Below are positions 1 to 12,600 of a stretch of DNA of 64,000 bases, one piece after another. This DNA comes from a virus. The stretch covers positions 10,884 through 74,883 of IMG/VR virus record IMGVR_UViG_3300036715_000875; one strand, given 5' to 3'. Below the pieces are notes generated by a model that made no database searches, was not told the origin of the DNA, and worked only from the letters and a program-made list of their open reading frames with translations. Made by a program: the position numbers and the translations under genes. Position 1 is the first letter of the stretch, and each line of letters starts with the position of its first letter.

Positions 1-352
1 TATGAGTATCAATACAGCGATCAAAGTCATTACTATGGCTAAACCAAACATCGACCCAGTAGCTATTATGGCTTCATTGAACCAAGGTCCTGTAACTCAA
101 GAAATTCAGGTTACTCGTGGAATCTGGAAAAATGTTACAATCTGGCCGTTCACAGACAGTACTTTGCCTGATGATTATATCCTTACTCTTGATAAGCAGT
201 ATGCTCTTGAGCGTGTTATTCAAGCTGGAACGGATATTCAGGAAACTGAAAAAATCATTACTCAACAGTTTGATAGCGTTGTTATCTCTATCTCTGATGA
301 TATTTCAAAGATCTTCACTGACGCGATCTTCTTACTCCATATCTCGGCGTAA
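1..352 (+). CDS. Major capsid protein, C-terminal part (probably runs in from before the window)
   Basis: ORF at the left edge, upstream of head-tail and tail genes; codon usage like other highly expressed genes (CGT, ATC, CTT); call rests mainly on synteny. Confidence 0.6.
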   Translation, partial: MSINTAIKVITMAKPNIDPVAIMASLNQGPVTQEIQVTRGIWKNVTIWPFTDSTLPDDYILTLDKQYALERVIQAGTDIQETEKIITQQFDSVVISISDDISKIFTDAIFLLHISA

Positions 353-361
353 GGGTAACAG

Positions 362-553
362 ATGAGAGTTCGAGCCACAGACAGTACTAAAGCGTACTAT
401 GATCGTGAACAAAATGTAGCGATTGATGGGACAGGGAGCTTCCCTGTCAAGCCAACTTCTCTTATCCGTGCCTTAATTGGTAGTGGTGATTTAGTAGAAG
501 TAGAAGAGGTAGTAGCCGAGGTAACTGAGGCAGCTAAGACTTTAAAAAAATAA
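362..553 (+). CDS. Small hypothetical head-associated protein
   Basis: 63-aa ORF with AAGGG RBS directly after the capsid gene. Confidence 0.6.
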   Translation: MRVRATDSTKAYYDREQNVAIDGTGSFPVKPTSLIRALIGSGDLVEVEEVVAEVTEAAKTLKK

Positions 554-566
554 CTAGGGATTGTAG

Positions 567-977
567 ATGATAACACCAGAACAGATTCGGGCCTTATCTG
601 GTCTATCATCCGCAGAACTACCTGACGCTGTTATTACAGCGTCTTTTGTGTTAGACCGTGTAGAGGTAGACTGTAATATAGTTTTCCCTATTCTTGTTGA
701 TATAAAAGACTCTGGACTTACAGACCTTGAAAAGCTAGAAGCTTTCAAGCAGCATGACTATAAAGTATGGAAGGCTATAGTATACTTAGAGAACTATATC
801 CGTACAGCCATACCAAAAACTATAAGTGATAACTTTAATACCTTCACTCGTTTTGATACAGTGGATATAATGTTAGCTGCAGCTAAAACCTTTGTAAGTA
901 ATTTAGAGAGTCCTACAGTAGCTGTTGAATCAATATTCATAGTAGTATCTCCTGATACTGACCCAGTAACGAGCTAA
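567..977 (+). CDS. Putative head-tail adaptor
   Basis: 136 aa; position between capsid and tail tube; MITPEQIRAL-type helical N-terminus. Confidence 0.5.
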   Translation: MITPEQIRALSGLSSAELPDAVITASFVLDRVEVDCNIVFPILVDIKDSGLTDLEKLEAFKQHDYKVWKAIVYLENYIRTAIPKTISDNFNTFTRFDTVDIMLAAAKTFVSNLESPTVAVESIFIVVSPDTDPVTS

Positions 978-978
978 C

Positions 979-1524
979 ATGGACTTATCACTTACTCGTG
1001 CACACTTCTTAAAAAGTATTGATTTTACTATAGAGACGCATTATATTAAAGATTTATCTCACGCGTCTTATAGCTTAAATATGGACTCCCTAAAGAGTGC
1101 TTATATACTGCATATTTCTAACGAAAGCGACTTAGAATTAGAAGGGCACGAAATTAAAATAGGCTTACAGCCATTTATCGTGTATAGAAGCGCTATTGAG
1201 CCTATAAGTTTTCAGCATTATACTTATGAGCTACTTCCTCTAACTACTTATATTGAACTTGCTATAGTAACTAAAGTAACAAACGCTATAGGAGCTGGAG
1301 CGCCTAGTATAGGTACTTATGTGAAGTTTAACTGTTCATTAAGAAATAACTCTGAGACAGGCTCTCAACCAGTACCAGTATTTCAGCAAGAGTTTTCAGT
1401 AGCTTCAAAAGCATATGACCCAACTAAAGAGTATAAACTTAGGTACTTAGGAAGAGCTTATAAGCTTAAATCTAGGCTCATGGACAACGGAGCAACAAAA
1501 CTATACGCAATAGAGGATATATAA
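979..1524 (+). CDS. Putative head closure/neck protein
   Basis: 181 aa, tightly coupled ORF; synteny only. Confidence 0.4.
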   Translation: MDLSLTRAHFLKSIDFTIETHYIKDLSHASYSLNMDSLKSAYILHISNESDLELEGHEIKIGLQPFIVYRSAIEPISFQHYTYELLPLTTYIELAIVTKVTNAIGAGAPSIGTYVKFNCSLRNNSETGSQPVPVFQQEFSVASKAYDPTKEYKLRYLGRAYKLKSRLMDNGATKLYAIEDI

Positions 1525-1525
1525 G

Positions 1526-2011
1526 ATGGCCACACTTATCGACGCAAACACAAGTATCTACAAGTTATTTAATGACTTCCTAGTAGAGCTAGCTTTAGAC
1601 ATAGATCTACCAGCATTCGAGTTTTTAGCTGTATCTTCTTTAGAGTCAGCTTACTTAACCCTTAGTAGTTCAACTAGTAAGATAGTTGTTGTACAGAAAG
1701 AGCAATCAAATACTGGAGCGTTCACTAAAATAGTCTATAGTTTAGTACCTTCATTTTCTGGTTTAACTGGGGCAGTAGATTATAACTCTATATTAACCCT
1801 AAAAGTATTTTCAGCCTTTATGGCTAAGTATCCTAGGTATACAGCAATCCAACTATATGAAGCGATTGGACTAATATCTACACCAAGTATTATTACACCT
1901 CTAGATAGTAAGATGGCTATCATTGAACTAAAACAAAGTATAGTTGGTGCGAGCACACTGCAGAATAACTTCACAGAGCTAGAAATTACGTTCCTAGGCT
2001 ATCTAAGTTGA
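1526..2011 (+). CDS. Putative tail terminator/completion protein
   Basis: 161 aa directly before the tail tube gene; GAGGA RBS; synteny. Confidence 0.4.
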   Translation: MATLIDANTSIYKLFNDFLVELALDIDLPAFEFLAVSSLESAYLTLSSSTSKIVVVQKEQSNTGAFTKIVYSLVPSFSGLTGAVDYNSILTLKVFSAFMAKYPRYTAIQLYEAIGLISTPSIITPLDSKMAIIELKQSIVGASTLQNNFTELEITFLGYLS

Positions 2012-2073
2012 GGTTGTCCAGAACAACTAGCTGCATATAACTCGATGATATAACAAACTAAAAAGGACCTTCC

Positions 2074-2892
2074 ATGGCAAATACAGCTAAAACTGCAGAG
2101 TTTTTTATCGGTGACTTGGACATTCGTGTAAGTACTGATCTAACAAAAGCCGGCGAACTTGGGCCAGAGCATTCTATTGGTCTTTTGCAAGATGCAAAAG
2201 TTACAATGAATACTAACCAAGTTAAACTTCAATCAGGTTTTCCTCAGCGTACGTATGCTTCTGTTGTAACTTCTCGTGAGTTAACAGTAGCAGGTTCGTT
2301 CAATGAGTATTCAATCTCTAACCTTGCACTTATGTATGGTGATAATGACGCTCTTGCAAAAGCTATTTTAGCTTCTCCAAAGTCTTCTGATCTTACAGCA
2401 GTAGCCGCTACAGCAAGTTCAACTTTGACAGTAACTCTTGGAACAGGCTTTACAGCTGGTGATACTGTTTATGTCTACTCTAAAGCTAACTCTTCAGATG
2501 TATTTGTAACCAGTGTTGTTTCTCTTGCGGTAAATGTTATTACTATTGCTGACCCACTTCCACGCGGATTTGCTATTGGTGATATGGTTTCTAAAGTTAT
2601 TTCTGTTGAACTTGGTTCAAGTGATAACACTAAAGAGCTTACAATCCAAGTTGTTGGTACAATGCCTCTTGATGGTACTCCATTCGTCTATGACATTTGG
2701 AAAGGTGTTATTTCTGGTTCTGCAGAAGTTGCAGCTTCAACTCAAAACTTTGGTGCACTTGCGTTCCAAATTGACCCACTACAGCCAACAGCTTCTGAAA
2801 TTGCTGCAGGTAAGTATGGTATTACTGCTGTTAAGAAAGCAGTTGTCGCTCAGTATGCTCAAGGTCGTTTGACTAAGAATATCGTTGCGTAA
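2074..2892 (+). CDS. Major tail tube protein
   Basis: 272 aa, AAGGA RBS, beta-rich, high-expression codon usage, followed by the chaperone pair and tape measure. Confidence 0.8.
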   Translation: MANTAKTAEFFIGDLDIRVSTDLTKAGELGPEHSIGLLQDAKVTMNTNQVKLQSGFPQRTYASVVTSRELTVAGSFNEYSISNLALMYGDNDALAKAILASPKSSDLTAVAATASSTLTVTLGTGFTAGDTVYVYSKANSSDVFVTSVVSLAVNVITIADPLPRGFAIGDMVSKVISVELGSSDNTKELTIQVVGTMPLDGTPFVYDIWKGVISGSAEVAASTQNFGALAFQIDPLQPTASEIAAGKYGITAVKKAVVAQYAQGRLTKNIVA

Positions 2893-2899
2893 CAATGAC

Positions 2900-2981
2900 G
2901 CTAGCTTCGGCTAGCATCCAATTGTTTGATAGTTTATGTTACTGCTCGGGGGATTGTGGCCCGAACGTTTTTCGAGCAGTA
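2900..2981 (+). terminator. Two stem-loops after the tail tube gene (stabiliser/attenuator)
   Basis: GCTAGC-TTCG-GCTAGC (C-UUCG-G tetraloop, 2900-2915) and TACTGCTCG...CGAGCAGTA (2940-2981); U-tract is weak. Confidence 0.55.
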
Positions 2982-3005
2982 TCCTAAGTTATTAAAGGGC
3001 CACAA

Positions 3006-3368
3006 ATGGAAGAATTATATTTACACTTTGAGTTTTATGAGAATATCGCACCTGTTGATGTACTTATAACTTGGGGTATTCATAAAGAACTGAGCAATTA
3101 CCTACTAGCGGATGAAAATCTATTTAACCTATTCACTAATGACACTATCTCAGATATGGTTATAAACATATGCCTAGCTGAACGTGATATGTATGGTAAG
3201 GCTAGTAAGCCATTTGATTATATAAACCTATTAACTACTAATAGTATGATCGCTAACCTAGAGTTAGTATTTAACTACTTTGAGAATTTTTTTTTCCAGA
3301 ATCAGCTGCGCCTAGCGAAGACAACGGAGAAGTTACTGAGCGTGAGATCTCAGAATATAGCTCAATAA
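3006..3368 (+). CDS. Tail assembly chaperone (gpG-like)
   Basis: Between tail tube and tape measure; contains a T9 slippery run at 3287-3295. Confidence 0.8.
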   Translation: MEELYLHFEFYENIAPVDVLITWGIHKELSNYLLADENLFNLFTNDTISDMVINICLAERDMYGKASKPFDYINLLTTNSMIANLELVFNYFENFFFQNQLRLAKTTEKLLSVRSQNIAQ

Positions 3369-3643
3369 ACCTACTATTAGAGGCTAACTCAGATAGTCTA
3401 TTTCTATGGCTCTATGATTATAGAACCGAAGACTATATGAAAGCTTCATTTATCCTCTCTTTAAACCAACTGAAAAAAGCCGCTTCCTTCAAATTGGAGA
3501 TGACCAACAGCGCGCTTTATGATAAGTTCTTAATAATAGCAAAAGCATTTGGTAATGAAGTTAAAACGAACGATAGCAGAGCAGCCAGTAGGCTTCCTCC
3601 AGCGAGTTTTGAAGGTCTAGCCACATTTTTAGGGAGTATGTAA
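3006..3643 (+). CDS. Tail assembly chaperone, -1 frameshift product (gpGT-like, about 212 aa; includes listed ORF 3437-3643)
   Basis: The -1 frame is open from the T9 run (TTT CCA GAA TCA...) into ATG 3437 and on to TAA 3643. Confidence 0.75.
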
Positions 3644-6600
3644 TGGAGTTTAATGCCAGAGACCTAATAGGTCAAATTATGGGAATAAAGAATGCCCAAG
3701 ACGCTACCCAAGTTAGAGCAAGACTTAATAGTCTTAAAGGCAAAGTTACAGATACTCAGTATAATCAATTAACTAACGCATTAGAGTCAAAAACTAAAAA
3801 TATGCCAAGTAACCCTATAGGTAGACAGAGTAATGTAGACTTGAATAGCCTACAATGGGGAACTCCAAATATTGTTCAGCAAGCTAATGAGCTAAAGAGA
3901 AGTGCAGCTCTAGAGCAATTAGCTCTAGATAAGCAAGTAGCTATGGATAATCTTATAGCTAAGACTACAGATCATGGCAGATCAATAACTCCAAATAAAC
4001 CAAATAACTCTAGATATAAGCCACTTAATCCAGCTGTAGCACCATATAGTACCTTAACTAAAGATACAAGTATATCTTGGGAAGTTAATGAGTTTTTAAC
4101 TCGTTACTTTACTCAAAAGTCAGGGCTATCTGCAGATACTCAGTGGAAAGCGTTCGTTAGAGGTAGTAGTATGCCAAAGGGCATGCAGTACAATAGTAAC
4201 TTAGAGCAACAGGTTCTTCAAGAGGTTAAAGCTTTAGAAGACCGCCTAGGTGGCTCAAATCAGGCAAAACAACACTTTAGTGGTATGTCATACCAGTCTA
4301 CTGTGAGAGAAATCGAAGGTGTTAAAGTAGCTCTTAATACAGCTTTTTCTAATGATAAGAAGACTGCACTACTCTTCGCGCTAGATAAAGGCAATGAGGA
4401 TACACTATCTAAGTCTTTAGCTCAGATGTTTAGCTTATATAAAGGCTTAGAAAAGATTGAAGTGGCTACTAAGTCAGGGGTTAAGACTTTTACACGAGAT
4501 AGCAATATTATCTCTGGACCTACTACTGATAATCTATTACAAGGTAAAGCTAAACTTGCGCAGAATGCTAATAGACTTAAGAAAGATCATATAGGTACAA
4601 CAAACTATTATAAGCCAACTCAAGCTGCAAAGACTACGTATGAGAATACTCAAGCAGAACTTCAGGCTATAGCACTTAAGCAACTTGAAGATCTATCTAA
4701 AACTGCAGTAGCTACTATGCCAGTGGGAGTACTAGAAAAGTTTTTAGCTCATACCAAAGTAAAAGATTTAAAGAAGTATGGGTCATACTTTGGAGACCAG
4801 TTTAGTAAGTTAGCTCAGTATTCACTAAGTGATAATAATACTTTAAGTCAGACTTTATCCCCTGAGCAGGTTAAAAACATAAGACTAGCAACTGCTAGAA
4901 ATCGTGCAGAAGAGTATGCTGTACATGCTAGAGCAGCTCAGAAGCAAACTGTTAACCTAGGTAGTGAACTAGGGGTAAGTAAAAAGGCTATTATCACTGA
5001 GGCGAGTAAAAACCTTGGGCGAGATACTACAAAGCATCTAGAAGCACTACACGCTATTAACTCATTTTTTACAGAGTCTAAGCATGATGCTATAGCCTAT
5101 GCTAGACAAACTGGAAGTAAAGAAACAAATCCTCAAGCCCTCTTTGATAAAAAGTATCCTGAGCGTATTGGGTTCTTAGACCTAATGAAAAGTTCAAGGC
5201 CAGAGGTTTATAAGTCTGCGGTATCAATGCTAATGGCAAATAAAAATAATAGAACTTGGTTAGAGTCGAGAGGCTTATTAGCTGAGAATACAGCTAACCC
5301 AATTCTTAACCTTAAGGGACTTGTACAAGAGAAGTTTACTAGAGTATTAGCTAGATCAATTTCTGATAATCCAAATTCTATAGATGGTAGAATGGACCCA
5401 GAGCTATTAAACTTATTATCAAGTAAAGCACTAGGCCATGCTAATAAGATATTTGAGAGTGAACGTAATGTAGCTTCTCCAGTTGGAGCACTAGCTGTAA
5501 AGAAATTTGAGGGCCGTTTAATAGATAACCTTAATGATATGGTAGAAGGCCAGAAATTTGCTAAGGTGTATAACTCTGCAGGGTTCACACAAGTTGTTAA
5601 TAAAACTCTAATGGGTGATATTGACCTAGGTGATACAGTAGCCAATAGGGCTGAGCAGCAAGAAAAACTTCAGCAAGAGAGTTCTAGAATTTTTAGTGAC
5701 ATGATTAAAAATCATGAGGGTAAAGTTAAAGTTCAAGCTCTAGAGCAAATGAAGCAACAAGCTCATGAGCAGGCTATGTTTAACCTAGGCCTCGACTCTG
5801 ACGGTATGCAGATTGAAACCTTAAGTCTTAAGGAAAAATTCTTTGGTGCTCAATCTCAAGTTAATATTGGAAAACTGCTTAAAGCTAAGAATCTAGATAA
5901 AGTTAACTCAAGTAAATTATCAGAGTTTGATCAACTACAGATAAAGATGGCCAAAGGTACAATGACTATTGAAGACCATAAGAATCTTATGGATACTGCA
6001 GCTGCACTTGGTATAGGTAATTCTAGTAATTTTGGCTCTATTGGTGGACTTCAGAAGATAATTAAAGGGCTTAGAGAAGGCCAGTATGAGTTTAACGCTT
6101 TAACTGTTGAGGGTAAGGCTGATCTTAGTTCTCCTAGAATTCATATTAGTAAAGAACTTCGTAAGAGTATTCTAGAAGGCTTTTCTTCTGACCCTAAGAT
6201 TAATAAGCAACAACTAGCGGAGTATAATAAACTTGGATTATATAATGAAGTAGATGGAAGACTTGAAGTGTCTAAGATTATGAAGACAGCTTCTGAGTCA
6301 ACTCTTATGATGGTTAAAGGGTCTCCAGAGGATAAAAAGACTAGACAGTACTTAACTGAGTATTTTGCTGGGTTAGATGTAGATCAACTTACAGTTGGAG
6401 AAAAGAAAAGAGCTGTAGCTATCCATACAGCATTAGCTAGTGGTGCAGCTGTAACTCAAAAGATGGTAGATATTAGAAAAAATGCTCAAGTAAAAGCTGA
6501 CCCTCATAATATGATTGAAAATATGTATAATACTCTTAGCTTAGACCCTAAGAACGCGCAGTATACAACACTAAAAGCCTCACAACATAGTATTCTTAGA

Positions 6601-9600
6601 AAGAAGTCTGAGCTTACCGATCAAGCGTTACAAAATATGCTTAAGTATGATTCAGTTAAGCAATTTTATAATAACCCAGAAGTAGCCGGTAAAGTTGATG
6701 GGTTCTACGCAAGTGTACCAGTAGATGGAGCAGAGACTAACAAACTAATATCACGCTTAGGTGAGTTTGGAACTTTAGAGACAAGTAAGTTGAGAGACTT
6801 TAGAGGTATGAAGCTAAATGATAAACTTAACCTAGTTGGTAAGGCTTTACATATAAAGTACCTAGATAGTCTAGGCACAGATGCTAATGGTAATAAGGTA
6901 CATACAGCTAGATCAATAGCATACTCTTCAGCTATGAATAAACTATCAGGAGATATAGCGTCTCTAACTAGTGGTCAAGTAGGCCGTACAGCAAAGCTTG
7001 ATATAGTTAGTAAGCTACGAGGCACCCCAGTAGCAAGCTTAGTATCCCAAAAGTACTTAGAGAATGAGATGGCTAATACAATAGCGTTTGCTCATTTAAA
7101 CACTGGAGGAGACCGTAAGTTCCAGTTAGGGGATATAGTTGATGACTTATCTAAGGCAAGACTAAAAGCAGAAGCCCTAACTAACATAGAGCGTGACTTT
7201 GGTATACATAGAGAGGGTCTTGGAGCAGTTCAGTACCCATTTAAAGCATTAGCTGGACAAGGTACAACTGAGTTGAGAGCTTCTAGACTTAGTATGTTAG
7301 ACTCACTTAGTAATGCAAGCCCTCTGGGTGGGCAGTTCTATGATAGTATAGACTTAGACCCAGGCGCATTAGGCTATGTAGCTAAAAGCACTAGGGAGGT
7401 AGCTATTAATAATCATAAGAGAAACCTAGCTACCTCAGCCCTTATGAAGGGTAGACAAGTAGAACTACCTTCTGAAGAACCTAGGCTAAGACCATTCATA
7501 AGAGCAGCTAGAGAAGGTAAAGTTAAGTTCTCAGCAACTGATCTACTAGAACTAGCTAAGCATGTACCATTCTTACGCTTAGCTACTGGAGGAAAGATTC
7601 CAGGTAAAGGCCATGTTGATGAAGTTCCTGCGCTATTAATGAAAGGTGAAATGGTAGTTGATAGAGCTACTACAGAGAGTTTAGGGATTCATACAAATAG
7701 CGATTATAAAAGATTTAAGCAAGCAATAGCTAATGGTAAAGTCAAACACTTTGCAGAGGGTGGTATGACAGATGAGGAGAAGCAAAAAATTCAAGATGCA
7801 CTACTATCTCAAGGCATTAGCCTAGAGTCAGCAGCTAAGATTCTAGAAAGTAGTGTTGGTAAGGCTCCTGGGGCTCGCCTAGGAGAGTCAGTACTAAGTC
7901 TAGGAGATGAACCTGAGTATAACCATACTCCTGCGGCAGTTGCTGTAGATAATGGAGTTAAGCCAAAAGCTCCTAGTGCATTGAAAGCTATTAATACTGA
8001 TACCATAGCTAAAAAGACTGAGAGTGCGAATGCTTTTAGGGAACTAACTAACCAGCTTAAACGAGGAACAATACTTGACGCTGCAACAATGCTTAGCCCT
8101 AAGAATCTTCTAGAACTAGAACAAGCTCATGGTTCAGGCTTTGTAAGTAAGCTGAAACCTTACCAAGAGTTAGTAGCTAATAGTGGTAGCTTATCTAAGG
8201 TAGACTCAATTGAGTCTATATTATCAGTTAATAACTCTTCATCTTTAGGGGCAGATCAAGCGGCAATACTTAAGAAGATTAGTAGTAGTAAAGCGCAGAC
8301 TCTTAATATAAAAGAGAGAACTGACTCAGCTAATGCAGACTTTGTTAGTAACATGAATAATACGGCTATGAATGAGTTAGCTGAAATGTGGAAAGACCCT
8401 CGTAAAGCTAAGAACATGATGAGTAGAGTTCTAGAGGCTGAGACAACAGCTACTAATCCTAAGACAGTTAAAAATGTCTCTGATATGAAAGTAAAGATGA
8501 CTGAGCTAATGCTAGGTTCATCTTATGGTGAAGTAACAGACGCTTTAAGAAAAGGTGATACTAGCACACTATCACCTTTAGGTAGAGCCGCTCTTGATGG
8601 ACTATCATCTAACTCACAGCAGTTACAAGACTTTAAGAAAGTAGCTACTCCAGATATAGCTGAAGGTGTGCATAAGTATTCTGGAGCCAAAGATGATGGG
8701 CTAACAAACGCTATGAAGCTTGTTAATAATAACTTAACTGAGGTGTCTAAGATTCTTAGAACTGAGGCTAAGCCAATAACTAATAGAGCTGAGTTTAACC
8801 AGTTTATAGGCGAGGTTCTTAAGAATAATGCTGATGGAGGTTTCACTGCAGCTAATGTTGATGGTGGAGCTAAAGGGGCAGCAAAAGCTAAAGATATGTT
8901 TAATACTCTAAAAGGTGGTATTGATAAGAATCAAGACTTTGACTCTTACCACTCTATGGGTGAAATGGGTAGACAAGCAGAGTCTGTACAGCGAATCAAA
9001 GAGTCATCACAAATGCGATGGGCGAACTTTAAAGACTTAATGGTACAAAATACAGCCTTCGCAGCTTCATATGCAGTACTTGGTGGGGCTACTAGTTCAA
9101 TAGTTGGAGCTACTCAGTTTATAGTTAATCTTGATGAGAAGATGAAAAACTTACAAGCTATTACAGGGTCCACTACTCCTGAAGTAGCTAAGATGGCAAG
9201 TACTATTAAAGAGGTATCAACTCAAACTAAGTTCTCAGCTGGAGAGATTGCTGATGCGGCAACAGTTCTAGGGCAAGCTGGGTTTAGTGCGCAAGATATT
9301 TCAGAGTCTCTTGGTGGGGTTGTTAAGCTAGCAACAGCTACAGGGTCCAGCCTAGATGAGGCTACACAAACATTAACATCAGCCCTAACAATTTGGGATG
9401 CTCCTATGAAGGCCTCAGAGAGCTATGCTAATGAGTTTACAGCAGCAATCAATAAGTCTAAGCTTGATATTAACTCTCTAGGTATGGCATTACAGTATTC
9501 AGGTAGTATTGCTGCTGAAGGTGGTATACCTGTAGAAGACCTTGTAACTGTTACATCTCTAATGAAAGATGCGGGGGTTAAGTCAGCATCAACTTCTGGG

Positions 9601-12600
9601 ACAGGCCAGCGATTAGTCTATAGTGATATTTTAGCCCCGTCGTCTAAGTTCACTAAGTCTCTAGCTCAAGTAGGTATAACTAAGAAACAAATGGGTGAAA
9701 AGTTTGATGAAGAAGGCGTACTTGGTGTCTTGAAGCTGATGCGTGATGAAGGGTATGGCTTTGGGCAAGCAACCTCTGGTATGGAAGTTCGTGAGAAGTC
9801 CGCCTACTTAACAGTAGCGGGGCAACTTGATAGAGCTAGTAACTTTAGATCAAGTATTATGGGGACTAATGCAGCTGGAGACGCTAATAAGGTTCAAATG
9901 TCTTCTCTAGCTAATCAAACTAAAAATATGTTTAACTCTTGGGGTATTGCACTAGATACTATGGCTGGAGATAAGTTATCCTCTGTTGGAAGATTCTTTG
10001 AAGCTATTACATATTCTCCAAATAAGACTAATAACTTACAAGTTGGAGCAGGAGTAGACTACTATAAAGAGACCCAAGATGGGATTAATGGAGGAAACTC
10101 TGGAGTAGGCGGAGCAATTATTGGGGGACTAGCTATAGGTGGAGCTGGATATGCCTTACATAAGTTTGCTAAGAATAACCCAGGTGGAGGCCTAGGTAAG
10201 ATAGGGAGTAAACTCTACTCTCCTCCTATAGAAGGTGGAGGGTTTAAAACCGCTTCAGGTGGGTTCTTTGGTGGGGCAGTAGATAAATTTAAAGGCTTAT
10301 CAGTAGGGGCAAAAGCAGGTGGAGCCTTAGGTATATTAGAGACTGGGTATAACTTAGTTCAAGCTAGTCAGTCTAAAACACCAGTTAGAACATTTATTCA
10401 GGATATGATGCCAACCTTAATAGGCATAGCTACTGCGGCTATAGCAGCCCCTCTTCTAGGCTTAGGAGCAGTTGCAGCTGGGGGTGTAGGAATCGGTGCA
10501 AGTTTATTAGGTGGGTCAGCTCTTAAAGGTAGTACTGATAAGGCTGTTGATAAAGTAGGTAATTTCTTTGGGACAGACTGGGGCAAGCCAACAGGTAACG
10601 AAATTCTACAAGACGCTGGAGCTCGGTTAGCGGGAAGTAAGTCTACTCTTAGTGACTTATATAAATACGAGAACGCTGTAGGTAAGGCAAAAAATAACCC
10701 TTTAAGAGATGGTAAAGACGCTACAGAGGCAGATAAGGCTATTACTAGGTCTAATATAACTAAGCAGGGGTTACAATTTAATGAGTCATTTAAGGCTGAA
10801 ATAGACCAGCTAGAGAAAGCAACTGGCCAAGTAACAGACTTCTCTAATGCAGGAAGTGCTGATGAGTTACAGAGCCAGCTTAAAAGCTTTAGAAAAAGCT
10901 TTAAAGAGAATATAGTAGTCAAGTCATTTAAACCTATGATGGAAGCTTTAGAAAAGACTTCAGCAACACCTATAGAAGACCTTACAGGTAAAACTGTAGG
11001 AGATGCTACTAAAGCTGCAGAGAGTAAGATAGGCTCTACACTTGCTAACTTAGCAACAGTAGCACCTGAGTTGCTTCTAGCTCAAGGTAAAGAACTAGAT
11101 AAGGTAACTAGAAAGTATTTTGCTGGAGCTCTTAAACAGGATACTAAGCTACTCCAAGATAAGCTAGCTGGAGAAGTCTCTAGTGGTGAGATAACTAAAA
11201 CTGAGAGTGGTGCTAAGTATATTAAGGAAAAAGCAAAGCTAACGAATGAAAATACTAAGCGTGAAAAAGCAGTACTTGATAGTAGACGATCTGAAGCATT
11301 GACAGGGTATGTTAATCTTAACTCTTCAGATGAGGTAATGAAGTATGTAGCTGACTTGAAAGGAAACACTGCAAAAGGGGCTATTAGAACAAAAGCTGAA
11401 GTAGCAGATAATAAGTTCACACAAGCTGAGTTTGCTAGTATTGAAAAAGGTTCAGCTACTCAGTACCAAAGACATAGAGAAGAAGAGACTGGGATAGATA
11501 AGATTAAAGCTCAGGTTGTTGAGTTAGTGAATCAGACAGATGAGATTAACCAAGCGTTTAAAAGTTTCTACAAAGATACTATATCTCAAGTTGGCCAGCA
11601 AGCAGTAGACCTAGGAAGAAAGTTTGGTAATACCATGCTTAAGGAAGCTTCAAACCTTGGTAATAGCAATTGGGGTGATACAGCTGGGCTACAACATACT
11701 CTAGGGAGTATGGCAGTAAATGGCCTAAATGAAAAGTATATGAAAACTAGCCCAACAGACCTTGAGTCTAAGAGTGTTATTAGCCTACTTAATAAAAATA
11801 TTAAGTTTAATACTCTTGGAGCTTTACAAGCCGGAGGAAATCAAGCTGGAGCTAAAGAGTTTAATGCTATGCTAGCAGCTGAGCCAATTGCAGCAGCTAT
11901 TGCAGATATGCCTTCTACTCTTGAAGGTTTAATTAATAAGCATGGACAAGATCCATTTATGCTTAAGCAGTTTAATGCTAGAAAAGATGCCTTAGAGAAT
12001 AATGGTATTAATAGAAATGTTGATATTGATGCTCTTAAAGGACTAAGCTTCGAAAATATTCTGGCTATGTCAACTAAGCAGAAAGAATCTATAGTTGACC
12101 CGCTAGCTAAAAAGAAGATGGAGACTAGTAAGAATTTTGAAATTTATCAGCTTGATGCTAAATATGCCTCAATCAAAGAAATGCAAATTGGTGGTAAGAA
12201 TATTTCTGAAAATCAGTCTGAAAAAGGCTATGCTCTAAAAGAGAATCATAGGCAGTATGAGTTAGGAATAGCAGCATTCAATAGAAGTCAAGAGTTCCAA
12301 AAGACTCAGTTGATGACAAACTATTCTAGAAATATAAGGGACTTTAGCGCTAGGATAGACTTCCAGCGCCAAGAAATGGGAATAGGTTTTGCTCAGTCAC
12401 AAGCAGCAGCTCAAAGACAATATGACTTCCAACAGACTATGATAAGGATGCAAGCTGGATGGGCAAAAGCTGATGCGTTAAAAGGGTCAGGAGATAGTAA
12501 AGATGATGCAGGTAAGAAGAGAGACTATGCTATCCAAGACCTAAACCTAAATACTAAGTATAAGACTGAGGATGTTAATAAAGACTTCTCTAGAACAGTA

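Noticed and set aside
3643-9000. Virion RNA polymerase fused to the tape measure
   Set aside because: No DxDGD or T7-type polymerase motifs recognised
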